A DNA stretch of 64,000 nucleotides from an uncultured virus (IMG/VR IMGVR_UViG_3300014911_000629) (IMGVR_UViG_3300014911_000629), one strand, 5' to 3'. Positions 37,312-46,726 are shown, counted from the first letter of the stretch. The notes: a model not told the origin generated them from the sequence alone. Numbers and translations are program-made.

Positions 37312-38210
37312 GCTATCTCCGCCAGATTTTCGGCAACTTCCTCCTCCTTCTTCTTAACTTCCTTCTTAAATTCCTTTGCCTCTTTTTCAGCACCAGTTAA
37401 TGCATTCTTTATGTTATCTAACTCTGTTTTTATCATCTCAAGTTCTCCCTTTAGTTCATTATCCTTATCTGTCTTTATTCTGCTTACCAGTGATGCTATC
37501 TTCATTGTTTTTTCAAGCACTTCAATTGTAAGTTTGTATGGCTCTTTGCCCTGCTCCGTAGAAATCTTTATCAACGTATTTACCAACTCGCTTACCTGCT
37601 CCTTCATTGCCACAACTATTGCATGCTCTGCCTGCTGTTTTGCTCTTATTCTCTCAATCTCTCCTTCTATTGATACAAGTTTTGCAGACAAAGTCCTCAA
37701 CTGTCTCTGTAAAGAATTAACAAGTTCTTCTGCATGCTGTGCCTTTAATCTTTCAACCTCAAGCGAATGTTCAATCTCCTGCCTATTGTTGTCAAGTTCC
37801 GTCAATGACAATTCAAGTTCTCTTATGTATTCCTTCAATTCACTTATTGGCTTTGCCTCCTCTGGAGGTAACCATCTCATAAGATTTATTTCATCATCCT
37901 TGTGTGTTTTTGCTGTCAATACAACGATGCCTCCAAGTTCATGATAAACTGGCTCGAACTGTTGCGATTTCTCATTGTATATCATGAGAGGTTCTTCAAC
38001 TATGTCTCTTTCTGGAGTAACTACTATCGCAACCTCCTTTCTTTTTCCGCTACTTTCCTCTGTAACCCACTTCCTATCAATTATTACTCCTCCAAACTTT
38101 CCATTACCTCGTATCAAATATTGAAATGCATTTTTCATCATATATTTTGCATTCTTCAATAACTGAATACCATTATCAGCCCTACCATTATATTTATATT
38201 TCTCATACAT
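37308..38210 (-). CDS. Beta-domain plus long coiled-coil protein
   Basis: Heptad-rich C-terminal ~170 aa. Confidence 0.7.
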   Translation of the reverse strand: MYEKYKYNGRADNGIQLLKNAKYMMKNAFQYLIRGNGKFGGVIIDRKWVTEESSGKRKEVAIVVTPERDIVEEPLMIYNEKSQQFEPVYHELGGIVVLTAKTHKDDEINLMRWLPPEEAKPISELKEYIRELELSLTELDNNRQEIEHSLEVERLKAQHAEELVNSLQRQLRTLSAKLVSIEGEIERIRAKQQAEHAIVVAMKEQVSELVNTLIKISTEQGKEPYKLTIEVLEKTMKIASLVSRIKTDKDNELKGELEMIKTELDNIKNALTGAEKEAKEFKKEVKKKEEEVAENLAEIA

Positions 38211-38586
38211 CTTCTTTCACCCTTTTACCAAGATGGGCAATATTAATTATTTCTACAACACGCTTATCTTTAGCATTTGTAAGGAAGAAACCCACAAAGT
38301 TGTTATTTTTCCTGTCATCAATGCCAAGTTCTTCCCTGACTTTCTTTGTTATTGTGCATCTTTGCCTACCATCTACCTTGACAGCATCTATTTCTTTTCC
38401 AACAACTTTACTATGAGCGTTATTAACAACAATCTTAACATCTCCATTAACCTGCAATTTTGAATATACTATTATTTCGGGGTGTCCAAGTAATTTCATA
38501 AGGTCATCTGAAAGATAAACTCTGTTTTTATCTTTAACCTTTCTTATATCAATGGGTATGTAATCACTGCTTTCATAATCATTCAT
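38203..38586 (-). CDS. Tandem AbrB/SpoVT (MraZ-like) DNA-binding protein
   Basis: RKVKDKNRVYLSDDLMKLLG and VKVDGRQRCTITKKVREELGI. Confidence 0.7.
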   Translation of the reverse strand: MNDYESSDYIPIDIRKVKDKNRVYLSDDLMKLLGHPEIIVYSKLQVNGDVKIVVNNAHSKVVGKEIDAVKVDGRQRCTITKKVREELGIDDRKNNNFVGFFLTNAKDKRVVEIINIAHLGKRVKEDV

Positions 38587-38607
38587 CAGTTTTATAAATA
38601 AGATTAA

Positions 38608-38644
38608 TTTAAAAATTTTCCCGTTATTCCCACCAAAATTTATA
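38608..38644. promoter_or_regulatory. Class A promoter, copy 8 (bidirectional; upstream of the MraZ-like gene)
   Basis: tttaaaaattttcccgttattcccaccaaaatttata; 23 nt from ATG 38667 (+) and 22 nt from ATG 38586 (-). Confidence 0.85.
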
Positions 38645-38666
38645 AATTATTTTGAAATTTAGACAT

Positions 38667-39257
38667 ATGAACATAGATGAAAGATTTAAGGATTTATGCG
38701 AAGATTTTGATGGAACAGTAATAGATGAAAATGGAATGTTAGTATGCGAATTGAGGGATTGGGATTATTTTAAATCATTTTCAACATGGATGAAAAAGAA
38801 GATACCACGAAAGAAGATTAAAAAAGAGTATGTGGCAAAATTTAAATCTTATGGAGTTATCCCAGAAACAGAGGCAGAGTTTATAATAGGTGTTACTGGA
38901 GATATGGAGGCAAAAGTAAGTGCAATTGACATTGTTTCACATGAGGCAATTTTAGACGGATTGGAGGAAGAAGCAAAAGAAAAGGGAATTGAGAATGTTG
39001 AAGATGTAATAGATAGAGCAATTGAAGAATGGGAAAACAAATATCCAAAGAATGTAAAGCCATCAAAATACCAATTCGTAGGTGAAATTACTATTGATGT
39101 TGATTTTGATAGTGTTTATGATAATTGGGAACTTTCGGCGACGGCAAGAAAGAAAGTATTGGAAGGAGAAGAATTGAACCATACATTAAATGCTATGGAT
39201 GAGGAAGTAACCCGTGCTGTTGAAAACATTGAATATCCTCATATTGAAGGTGATTAA
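38667..39257 (+). CDS. Acidic protein with N-terminal two-Cys motif
   Basis: DLCEDFDGTVIDENGMLVCEL; start set by promoter spacing. Confidence 0.7.
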   Translation: MNIDERFKDLCEDFDGTVIDENGMLVCELRDWDYFKSFSTWMKKKIPRKKIKKEYVAKFKSYGVIPETEAEFIIGVTGDMEAKVSAIDIVSHEAILDGLEEEAKEKGIENVEDVIDRAIEEWENKYPKNVKPSKYQFVGEITIDVDFDSVYDNWELSATARKKVLEGEELNHTLNAMDEEVTRAVENIEYPHIEGD

Positions 39258-39258
39258 A

Positions 39259-39549
39259 ATGGCGAGCATAAGAATAGAGTATGATGGTAGCAGTAAAGAA
39301 TTAGATGAAAAGTTGGTTGCATGCCTTGAAAACAAAATAAAAAGTGGAGAATGGAAAAAATATAATCCATATCCAAATAGTGAGCCAGACACACAAGAAT
39401 TTTTAAACAGATTGGAAGGAGTAATAGATGAAATAAAGCATGGTCGTTCCAGCAAGGGAGTTCCTCTTGATGAATTTACTTGGGCAGTTGATGCTCTTGT
39501 AAGGAAGTGCTATAAAGAAGTTGGTGCTAAAATAATAGAAGAAGATTGA
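39259..39549 (+). CDS. Hypothetical protein
   Basis: GGTGA SD before MASIRIE. Confidence 0.65.
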   Translation: MASIRIEYDGSSKELDEKLVACLENKIKSGEWKKYNPYPNSEPDTQEFLNRLEGVIDEIKHGRSSKGVPLDEFTWAVDALVRKCYKEVGAKIIEED

Positions 39550-39590
39550 ATTCTATAACCACGCATAAAGGCATAAAAAACAAGGAATAT

Positions 39591-39650
39591 CCCTACTTTT
39601 CGTGTAAATTTGCCAATCCGTGAGGGTTTTTTCTTTTAGCACTGCTGATA
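39591..39650 (+). repeat. 60-bp conserved 3' element, second copy
   Basis: Inverted homolog of 5402-5461; CCCT...AGGG followed by a T-tract. Confidence 0.8.
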
Positions 39651-39680
39651 ATTTCATTTTGCATAAAAATAGCATATAAC

Positions 39681-39711
39681 TATCCCAGATTTTTTTGCAA
39701 AAACTGGGATA
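39681..39711. repeat. Inverted repeat upstream of the recombinase
   Basis: TATCCCAG-N15-CTGGGATA with inner TTTTTGCAAAAA. Confidence 0.6.
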
Positions 39712-39796
39712 CTAATTTATATACTGCCAAAAATTATAAAGTTTTTAACAGTGGTAGATAGAAAAAAACTATATACTACGACAGATTATCTATGCG

Positions 39797-40942
39797 ATGG
39801 ATATTGTTAAGATTTGTAAGAGTTATAGGTCAATGCTTGAGAGATATGGTTTTAGTGCAGAAACGATATATTACTATCCAATTGAACTTGGAAAATTTTT
39901 GGAATTTGTGAAAAGCAGGGGTAAGAATAAGATAGAGGATATAGATGAAGTTGATTATATCCTTTATAGAAATAAACTTGAGGATGAAGGATATAGCAAA
40001 AAAATGGTAATCAAAAAAATGTCAGCAGTGAAAACATGGATTAGATTGAACTATGAAAGAAATCCAACAGATGAACATTTTGCAAGGTTACATGAAAAGG
40101 TAAATACGGTAAGAATGACTTTATCCAAAAAGGGCTATAATGGAGGATATAAGCCAATACCACTTGAGCATTTTTTACAGATTTTAAAAACAGCATCCAT
40201 AATGGATTTAGAGACAAAATTGTTTATTTACATTCTTGCCACAACAGGGGGGCGTAGTCAGTTCTATGGTTTGAAATTAGGAAATATTGATTTGGACAAT
40301 AGATTGATAAAGGTATTTGTAAAAGGAGAGAAATACATTGAAGTTCCAATAATAGACATGGTTACCAAACTGATTATAGAGCATATAAAGATGAAATACT
40401 TAAAGGAATATAACGAAATAAAAGAGAAGTTGGAAAAGAATGGAGAAAAAGTTGATGATGAATATATAGTGAAAAAATATCTTATAAAAAGGCACTCTAA
40501 CGAATTTTTATTCAAGTATGGTAAGGATGTATATTCTGAAAACTTATCATGGGATAGGATAAAGAAAAATAGAAGGGCTAACACGAAGAATGCGGAAAGG
40601 ATTTTGAGGAGGGTATGCGATTATGCTGGCTTGTGGGTATGCAAGAATTGTGGTAAGGTGGGCAGTGGAAAATCAGAAAACAATAGTGTGAGATGTGATG
40701 TATGCAACAAAAAGGTTGAATTTGTATATTACACGCCACACCAGATACGCAAGGCGATAGCAACTCATGGACATAAATTAGGATTGTCTCTTGAAGGGAC
40801 ATCTGACTTGCTTGGACATTCAAATATTGATATAACAAAGAGGTTCTATCGTGGTAAGCAGATACAAAAAGTGAGAGAAGAATTGAAGGGCATAGGAGAA
40901 TTGTTAAACAAAATAGAGGAGGAAAGGTTCAATACAAGTTAG
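39797..40942 (+). CDS. Tyrosine recombinase/integrase with zinc-ribbon insertion
   Basis: TTGGR (R), VKG (K), HQIR, LLGHS, TKRFY (Y); CKNC...CDVC insert. Confidence 0.9.
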   Translation: MDIVKICKSYRSMLERYGFSAETIYYYPIELGKFLEFVKSRGKNKIEDIDEVDYILYRNKLEDEGYSKKMVIKKMSAVKTWIRLNYERNPTDEHFARLHEKVNTVRMTLSKKGYNGGYKPIPLEHFLQILKTASIMDLETKLFIYILATTGGRSQFYGLKLGNIDLDNRLIKVFVKGEKYIEVPIIDMVTKLIIEHIKMKYLKEYNEIKEKLEKNGEKVDDEYIVKKYLIKRHSNEFLFKYGKDVYSENLSWDRIKKNRRANTKNAERILRRVCDYAGLWVCKNCGKVGSGKSENNSVRCDVCNKKVEFVYYTPHQIRKAIATHGHKLGLSLEGTSDLLGHSNIDITKRFYRGKQIQKVREELKGIGELLNKIEEERFNTS

Positions 40943-41292
40943 AGGAAATCCTCTGGTTTTGCATTTGGAAATCCAAGTTTTCTTGCTATCGAGGCAAGAA
41001 AACCCGCTGTATCTCTGCTATACACAAGTTGGTATCTTACTGGATTATTATATCTTTTTAGGTTGCCATTTATTCTTAATTTTTCAGCAGACCTTAAAAC
41101 AGTTCCGTATAAATTCCTACGTCTATCTGGAGTTAATTCTCCATTATAACATGCATCAAGAAGGGTAGTCATTTTGATGGGTGTTTCATATCCTCCAAGA
41201 ATGTAAAGATTTATCAGTATTCTATGCCATATCTTAAGGTCTTTCTGTTTATTCTTTAATCGTAATACAAGTAATCCTTTATCTAAAGGCAT
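40939..41292 (-). CDS. Possible winged-helix protein
   Basis: Basic; EKLRINGNLKR...RYQL. Confidence 0.55.
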   Translation of the reverse strand: MPLDKGLLVLRLKNKQKDLKIWHRILINLYILGGYETPIKMTTLLDACYNGELTPDRRRNLYGTVLRSAEKLRINGNLKRYNNPVRYQLVYSRDTAGFLASIARKLGFPNAKPEDFL

Positions 41293-41334
41293 AATAAAAG
41301 AATTAGTATCTAAATAAATTTTTTACCAATCCAC

Positions 41335-41835
41335 CTAACCTACATATTTGGATAATGCCTCTATCTGTGCCTTGTTTGCCTCTTGTATTCTTTCTATCCT
41401 TTGTGTCGCTAATTTCTTGATGTATGAACTTTTTATCATTTTCTTGAACTTTATTAACTCGTTCCAAACTTCATTAACATTAATGCTATCAACTTCAGCC
41501 AACCTTACCTCAAGTAGCATACCACGAAGTAGCAAATAGTTAAATGCAACATTGTAATCTTTTATACCGTGTTTTTGCATAAAATACTTCAATATTGTCA
41601 TAACATTCTTTGTGAATTTCAGTTGCACATTTTTATTCTCACTTTCATCCTTCTTCTTTTTTATACTATCAAGAAATGAGCATACTATCTCTTTTGCCAT
41701 CATAGTATATGATTTCTTATTCTTTTTTGCAATTTCAGCAAGTTCTGAAAGATAGGGTTCATTTAACCTAAAAGTTATCAAATCAGGGTGCTTCCTATTA
41801 TCTAATGGTTTAAACTTGCCTCTTTTCTTTCCCAT
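41335..41835 (-). CDS. Ribbon-helix-helix-like regulator
   Basis: ITFRLNE...LAEIAKK...MAKEIV; second RHH-like repeat. Confidence 0.6.
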   Translation of the reverse strand: MGKKRGKFKPLDNRKHPDLITFRLNEPYLSELAEIAKKNKKSYTMMAKEIVCSFLDSIKKKKDESENKNVQLKFTKNVMTILKYFMQKHGIKDYNVAFNYLLLRGMLLEVRLAEVDSINVNEVWNELIKFKKMIKSSYIKKLATQRIERIQEANKAQIEALSKYVG

Positions 41836-42185
41836 GACAAATACATATGCAATTTCTATTTAAACTTTCACAAAACTCCACATATTACATTTTGCAAACA
41901 AAACAATAGCATTCCCTGTGCCAGAACCAGCAATACCTCCGCTCTACCTCAACATTGTCTCCGCTTTACCTCCGCTTTCAATCCGCAAAATCTTCGGGGA
42001 AATTCCTTCGCCATGTGTCGGGCAACGATAAAACGGCAGAACGGCACAACGGCTCTACGGTTCATCGGCAATTGGGCAAATTTTGGCAATATTGCTGGCT
42101 CATTTTGTAAATTTTGCAAAATTCATGAAATTCATGGTTTTTACAGATAAGGTAAATTGTAGTAGTAGAATTTGCACCACGACAG

Positions 42186-42206
42186 TTTTTCGGGTAACCC
42201 GAAAAA
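42186..42206. repeat. 21-bp perfect palindrome
   Basis: TTTTTCGGGT-A-ACCCGAAAAA, 44 bp upstream of the first class B promoter. Confidence 0.7.
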
Positions 42207-42249
42207 TGAAAAAGGCGAATTTTACAAATTTTGCGAATTTTACAAAATG

Positions 42250-42291
42250 TTTATATATGGCAATTGCATATAATATTTGGTGATAGAAATG
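42250..42291 (+). promoter_or_regulatory. Class B promoter-leader cassette, copy 1
   Basis: tttatatatggcaattgcatataatatttggtgatagaaatg. Confidence 0.85.
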
Positions 42292-42630
42292 GTGAAAAAA
42301 ATTTGTGTGAATGTAAAAATGGGGGAAATAGATAAGGTGATATATGAAGCAAAAAAGGGCGAATGGCAGTTAGTGAAAAGAGGCAAAAAATATCTCTATT
42401 TTAGGAAGGGCTTTATCACTGCAAAGATAGACAAAAAGAGATATGAAAACTTCAATGAGGAAAATATTATCTTTGAAATTTGGATTACAGTGATAGAGGA
42501 GTTTATGCATTCCACATATCTATACTGTAAAGGAAAAAAAGAAATTTGTAGAGGAGCATTGGATAAAATAAAGAAAGAATATGGAAATGATAAAGATATA
42601 AAGTTAGAAATAAAGGGGGTGGCTATATGA
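42289..42630 (+). CDS. Hypothetical protein
   Basis: Start set by cassette. Confidence 0.65.
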   Translation: MVKKICVNVKMGEIDKVIYEAKKGEWQLVKRGKKYLYFRKGFITAKIDKKRYENFNEENIIFEIWITVIEEFMHSTYLYCKGKKEICRGALDKIKKEYGNDKDIKLEIKGVAI

Positions 42631-43787
42631 AAAAGGTAATAGTGGAAAGGGTTTATGAGGAAATAAGGAAGCATGGAAGCGAAGGAGCGAAAGCGAAGGA
42701 TATAGCAAAAGCCACTGGCTTTTGCATGGCAACAGTATATAAGGCAGTAAAGGAGTTAATCATGGAAGGAAAGGTTAGAGAAGAAATAGATGGAAGGACC
42801 TCAATCTTTATTGCACAAAATTTACAAAATTCATGTAATGTAATACAGCCACAGCCACAGGCAGTTATACCACAGCCACAGCAAGCCATAACCCCACAGC
42901 CACAGGCAATAACAGGAGGGCTAAAATTCACTGGAGGAGTAAATGAAATTGCTTATGATATGGAAGATTATAAGGTTGAAAAGGATAAGGATTATGTGCA
43001 TAGATTTTTCAATGGCATAAAGGATTTTGAATTACTGGATAAGGCAAAGGAAAACGGGCAAAATGTTTTACTTGTCGGACCGAAGGGAAGCGGTAAAACA
43101 TACATGATTAAAAACTGGTGTGCGGAGCGTGGTTATCCTTATGCAAGAATAAACATGGATGGAGCGATAACCACAGAAGATTTTATTGGCTCATGGGTTA
43201 GAGTTGGAAATGAATGGGTATGGAGCGATGGTATTCTCACAAGATTTATGAGGCATGGAGGAGTTTTAGTTATAGATGAAATAAATGCATCTCCTCCTGA
43301 AATGCTCTTTATACTTCATAGTGTATTAGATGATGGAAGGCAAATAGTATTGAGAAGCAAGGATGGTGAAATTGTAAAGGCACACAAGGATTTTATGCTG
43401 ATTGCATGCATGAACCCTGACTATGCAGGCACACAGGAGTTAAATGAGGCGTTAGAAGATAGATTTGATATAATACTATATGTTGATTATGATGAAAACT
43501 TGGAGGCAAAGTTAATCAAAAATGAGAAATTGATAGATTTTGCAAAGAGAATAAGGTTTATGTATAATGAAAGGAAGTTGCATAAAACAATATCCACAAG
43601 GACATTGATACAATTTGAGAAAAACATAGAATTGTATGGCTATGAGATAGCGAGGCATATATTGTTAAACAAATTTGATTATGAGGACAGGCAGGCAGTA
43701 GGCGAAGCACTGGATATGGTATTGAATAAGAGGAGCGAGGAGGAAGCAATAGAGGAGGAAAACAATATTGAGGAGGGAGGAATATGA
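42627..43787 (+). CDS. MoxR-family AAA+ ATPase (CbbQ/NorQ/CobS-like) with N-terminal wHTH
   Basis: GPKGSGKT, VLVIDEIN, ACMNPDYAGT, LNEALEDRF; QPQ linker. Confidence 0.88.
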   Translation: MKKVIVERVYEEIRKHGSEGAKAKDIAKATGFCMATVYKAVKELIMEGKVREEIDGRTSIFIAQNLQNSCNVIQPQPQAVIPQPQQAITPQPQAITGGLKFTGGVNEIAYDMEDYKVEKDKDYVHRFFNGIKDFELLDKAKENGQNVLLVGPKGSGKTYMIKNWCAERGYPYARINMDGAITTEDFIGSWVRVGNEWVWSDGILTRFMRHGGVLVIDEINASPPEMLFILHSVLDDGRQIVLRSKDGEIVKAHKDFMLIACMNPDYAGTQELNEALEDRFDIILYVDYDENLEAKLIKNEKLIDFAKRIRFMYNERKLHKTISTRTLIQFEKNIELYGYEIARHILLNKFDYEDRQAVGEALDMVLNKRSEEEAIEEENNIEEGGI

Positions 43788-45751
43788 GGGAGGAGATAAG
43801 AATAAGAGGGGCAGTAATACAGGCATTTTTAGAGAAGTTGGATTGCATATTATCCATGAAGTTGTTAAGAGTAAAAAATTACGATAGTGCTTGCACTGAT
43901 GGAAGGGTAATATTCCTTCCTATCGAGTATTACAAAGAACAAGCAAGTAATATGAAAGATTATCTTTTGATGATTAAAGGGCTTAATTATCATGAATTGG
44001 CTCATGTATTATTCACAACATACACAAAGAGACAAGTAAAGAAATTCTGTGATGATTTTGATATTGCTTATTACCATTTCTTTGATGTGTTAAACATGCT
44101 GGAAGATATGAGAATTGAGAATTACATAGTTAAAGTATATCCAAAGTGCAAGCCATATCTCATTTACATTAATACAGTGATAATAAAAAGAGCATTAAAG
44201 AAAGCCACAGGAAAGTTAAATCTAAAGTATGAACGGATGGAAAACTTATGGTTGCCACAGATTGGCAAGGTATATTTACCAAAAAGGTTTAGAATGGCTT
44301 TGTTGAAGCAGACAAATACTTTTGATAAGGATACAACCAAAAAGATAATAGACATTGTCAATAGATATATCAATCTGGCAAGGGAATATGGAAAGAAATT
44401 GAAATATAAGAAATACAGGAAGGAATATGAATTAAAATCTCTTTCAATAGCAAAGGAATTATATGATATACTTGCGGAGCATGATAATAATGTTGCTATG
44501 CCAACATTTACTCCTTATGAGGATGTGGGAGATGCAGTAAAGGAATACAGGCAAGATATGGATGAAAAGGTATTAAGAGTTATTGATGTTGATTTTGGCG
44601 ATATAGATGAAGATGATATTGAGGAAATGGAGGAGGAAGGAGAAGAAGATAAAGATATTGATGGAAATGCTGGTAATGGTGAAGATAAAGAGGAAGAAAT
44701 AGAGGAGGAAGGAGAAGGCAGTAATGGAGATAAGGAGGAAGAAGGCGATATTGAAGAAGTGGAGGAAGAAATAGGAGATAGTGAGGAAGATAGCGAAGGT
44801 AATGAGGAAGATGACAAGGAAGATATTAAGGCAAGTGGAGGAAGCAGTAAGGATAACAAATTAGAGGATAGTGAAAACAGCAAGGCAGGAGATAAAGGCA
44901 GTGAAAAGGATGAGGAAGATGAAAGAAAGGAGTTAAATAAAATAATTGAGGAAATGGAAAAAATGCAGGAGGAAATAAAAGAGGATGTTGAAGGAGAAAT
45001 ACAACAGGATTATGAGTTAATATTAGAGATAGATAAAGAGTTGCTCACAGCAGAAGAAGATAGAGCAAGGGAGGAAGTAGAGAAGATATTAAGCAAAGTT
45101 GTAAATGAGTATAAGGCACACTGGGTAATGAGGCAAAAAGAAGGAAGGGTTAATATCAGACATGCTATGAAAAGTGAGCATAACGGAGATACAAGAATAT
45201 TTAAGAAATTCAAAGCAAGCAAAATGAATGAGTTAGAGTTTAGAATATTCTTAAATGTAGATACAAGTGGAAGCATGCATGGTGAAAAGATTTTGGCAGT
45301 TAGAAGCATGGCAAAAGTGATTTTGAGGGCTTTTGAGAAAACAAAGAGTAAAGTAAAAGTTGTTGGATTTAGCAATAGTGCGGAGTTATACAAGGATTGG
45401 GAGGATAAACATATACCATACCTATCTGCGGGAGGAGGAACATGGGCATCTCTTTCATTAAGAAATATTGTAAGAGAAGTTAAAGAACTAAAGAGGAAAT
45501 ACAATAAACCAGTGTTGGTAATAACAATTACTGATGGATGGTGGCATTCGGAGGAAGAAGCGGAAAAACTAATAAGAGAATTGAATAAAATGGATGTAAT
45601 AACAGTTGAGATAAATATAGAAGTTGAGCGTTATCATGGAAGTGAGTATTGTTATTTCATAAAGAGCGTTAGTGAGTTGCCAAAGATAATGAGGGATTTA
45701 ACTGATAAATTAGCAAGGAAGTTGATAAAAAGGAGACAATACCTTATCTAA
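43784..45751 (+). CDS. VWA protein with N-terminal HExxH domain and acidic linker (CobT-like architecture)
   Basis: ACTDG, HELAH, LEDMRIE; Asp/Glu-rich linker; MIDAS DTSGS, GGT, ITDG. Confidence 0.85.
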   Translation: MREEIRIRGAVIQAFLEKLDCILSMKLLRVKNYDSACTDGRVIFLPIEYYKEQASNMKDYLLMIKGLNYHELAHVLFTTYTKRQVKKFCDDFDIAYYHFFDVLNMLEDMRIENYIVKVYPKCKPYLIYINTVIIKRALKKATGKLNLKYERMENLWLPQIGKVYLPKRFRMALLKQTNTFDKDTTKKIIDIVNRYINLAREYGKKLKYKKYRKEYELKSLSIAKELYDILAEHDNNVAMPTFTPYEDVGDAVKEYRQDMDEKVLRVIDVDFGDIDEDDIEEMEEEGEEDKDIDGNAGNGEDKEEEIEEEGEGSNGDKEEEGDIEEVEEEIGDSEEDSEGNEEDDKEDIKASGGSSKDNKLEDSENSKAGDKGSEKDEEDERKELNKIIEEMEKMQEEIKEDVEGEIQQDYELILEIDKELLTAEEDRAREEVEKILSKVVNEYKAHWVMRQKEGRVNIRHAMKSEHNGDTRIFKKFKASKMNELEFRIFLNVDTSGSMHGEKILAVRSMAKVILRAFEKTKSKVKVVGFSNSAELYKDWEDKHIPYLSAGGGTWASLSLRNIVREVKELKRKYNKPVLVITITDGWWHSEEEAEKLIRELNKMDVITVEINIEVERYHGSEYCYFIKSVSELPKIMRDLTDKLARKLIKRRQYLI

Positions 45752-46164
45752 ACTCTTTTCCTTTTTCTATTTTTTTTGTGAATTTTATGAAATTGAAGAT
45801 AAGGCATTTTTACAGCGGGAGCATGCAGGCAGGAACAAATGATTGTGTCGAGACAATGATGCGTGTTTTCCACAAATTTTGTAAAATGTTTTTACAAATT
45901 TTACATTTTTTATGAGCATGTTATTGTCTATCATGATTTAAAAAGTGGAAAATTAAAAATTGCAAAGTTTAACATTAACACAAAAACTGCGTGTGAAAAT
46001 TATAATCGTGGAGTGCGTGCCTTATGGGTTAAATTTACATGACGATTTTTCCAGTGGGTTTTTACATTTTATAAATTTTATAAAATTAGGCAAAAAAGTA
46101 GTAAATTGCATCTTTGAACCAGCATGCGGAGTAGGGCGGAATACTTTTCCGTGCTGGCGATATA

Positions 46165-46206
46165 TTTATATATCGCAATTGCATATAGTAATTGGTGATG
46201 GAAATG
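46165..46206 (+). promoter_or_regulatory. Class B promoter-leader cassette, copy 2
   Basis: tttatatatcgcaattgcatatagtaattggtgatggaaatg. Confidence 0.85.
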
Positions 46207-46584
46207 AGAATAGTGGGTAAAAAAATAAGATTGGGGGGTTTGGTAAAAAGGGCTGGAAAAGATAATGAAACACAGATTGTAAAATTCTGTAAATTACTTA
46301 CATTAAAGACAAAAGAAGCGGATGTTATTACGCTTGCGATATACAAAGATGAAAACGGGAAAATGTATATCTCATGTTGCGGATGGGGAATTAATGAAGG
46401 TTATAAACTCAAAAAAGGATACAATGAAATAAATGTTGTAAAGCGTGGAAATTATCTTGAAGGGGGAAATGGCATTCTTTTTGATGCTACTGCATACGAT
46501 GATATAAGCAAACTTATTGAAGATGTAAGGAATGTCTGGATAGAGGCAGGAGTAAATTTAGTTGATGTGGAGGTGGCACAGTGA
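46204..46584 (+). CDS. Hypothetical protein
   Basis: Start set by cassette. Confidence 0.65.
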   Translation: MRIVGKKIRLGGLVKRAGKDNETQIVKFCKLLTLKTKEADVITLAIYKDENGKMYISCCGWGINEGYKLKKGYNEINVVKRGNYLEGGNGILFDATAYDDISKLIEDVRNVWIEAGVNLVDVEVAQ

Positions 46585-46726
46585 ATTATATAATTATGGT
46601 AGATAAATTCGGTGTTGCAAAACTATACGAAGTTTTGCATTACTATAAAACTAAACAGAGATGCGATTTATGCGGTATTGGATATTGAAGAGTTTAAGGA
46701 TTTGTTAAAAGTAAGGAGGGATAAAA

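Noticed and set aside
42189..42202. TTCGGGTAACCCGA similar to the tRNA anticodon arm at 34536-34553
   Set aside because: Needs a 4-nt deletion and is short; explained by both being CGGG/CCCG dyads
44515..45504. Ser/Leu/Phe-rich antisense ORFs here and similar ones throughout the track
   Set aside because: Shadows of purine-rich sense genes; no SD or promoter
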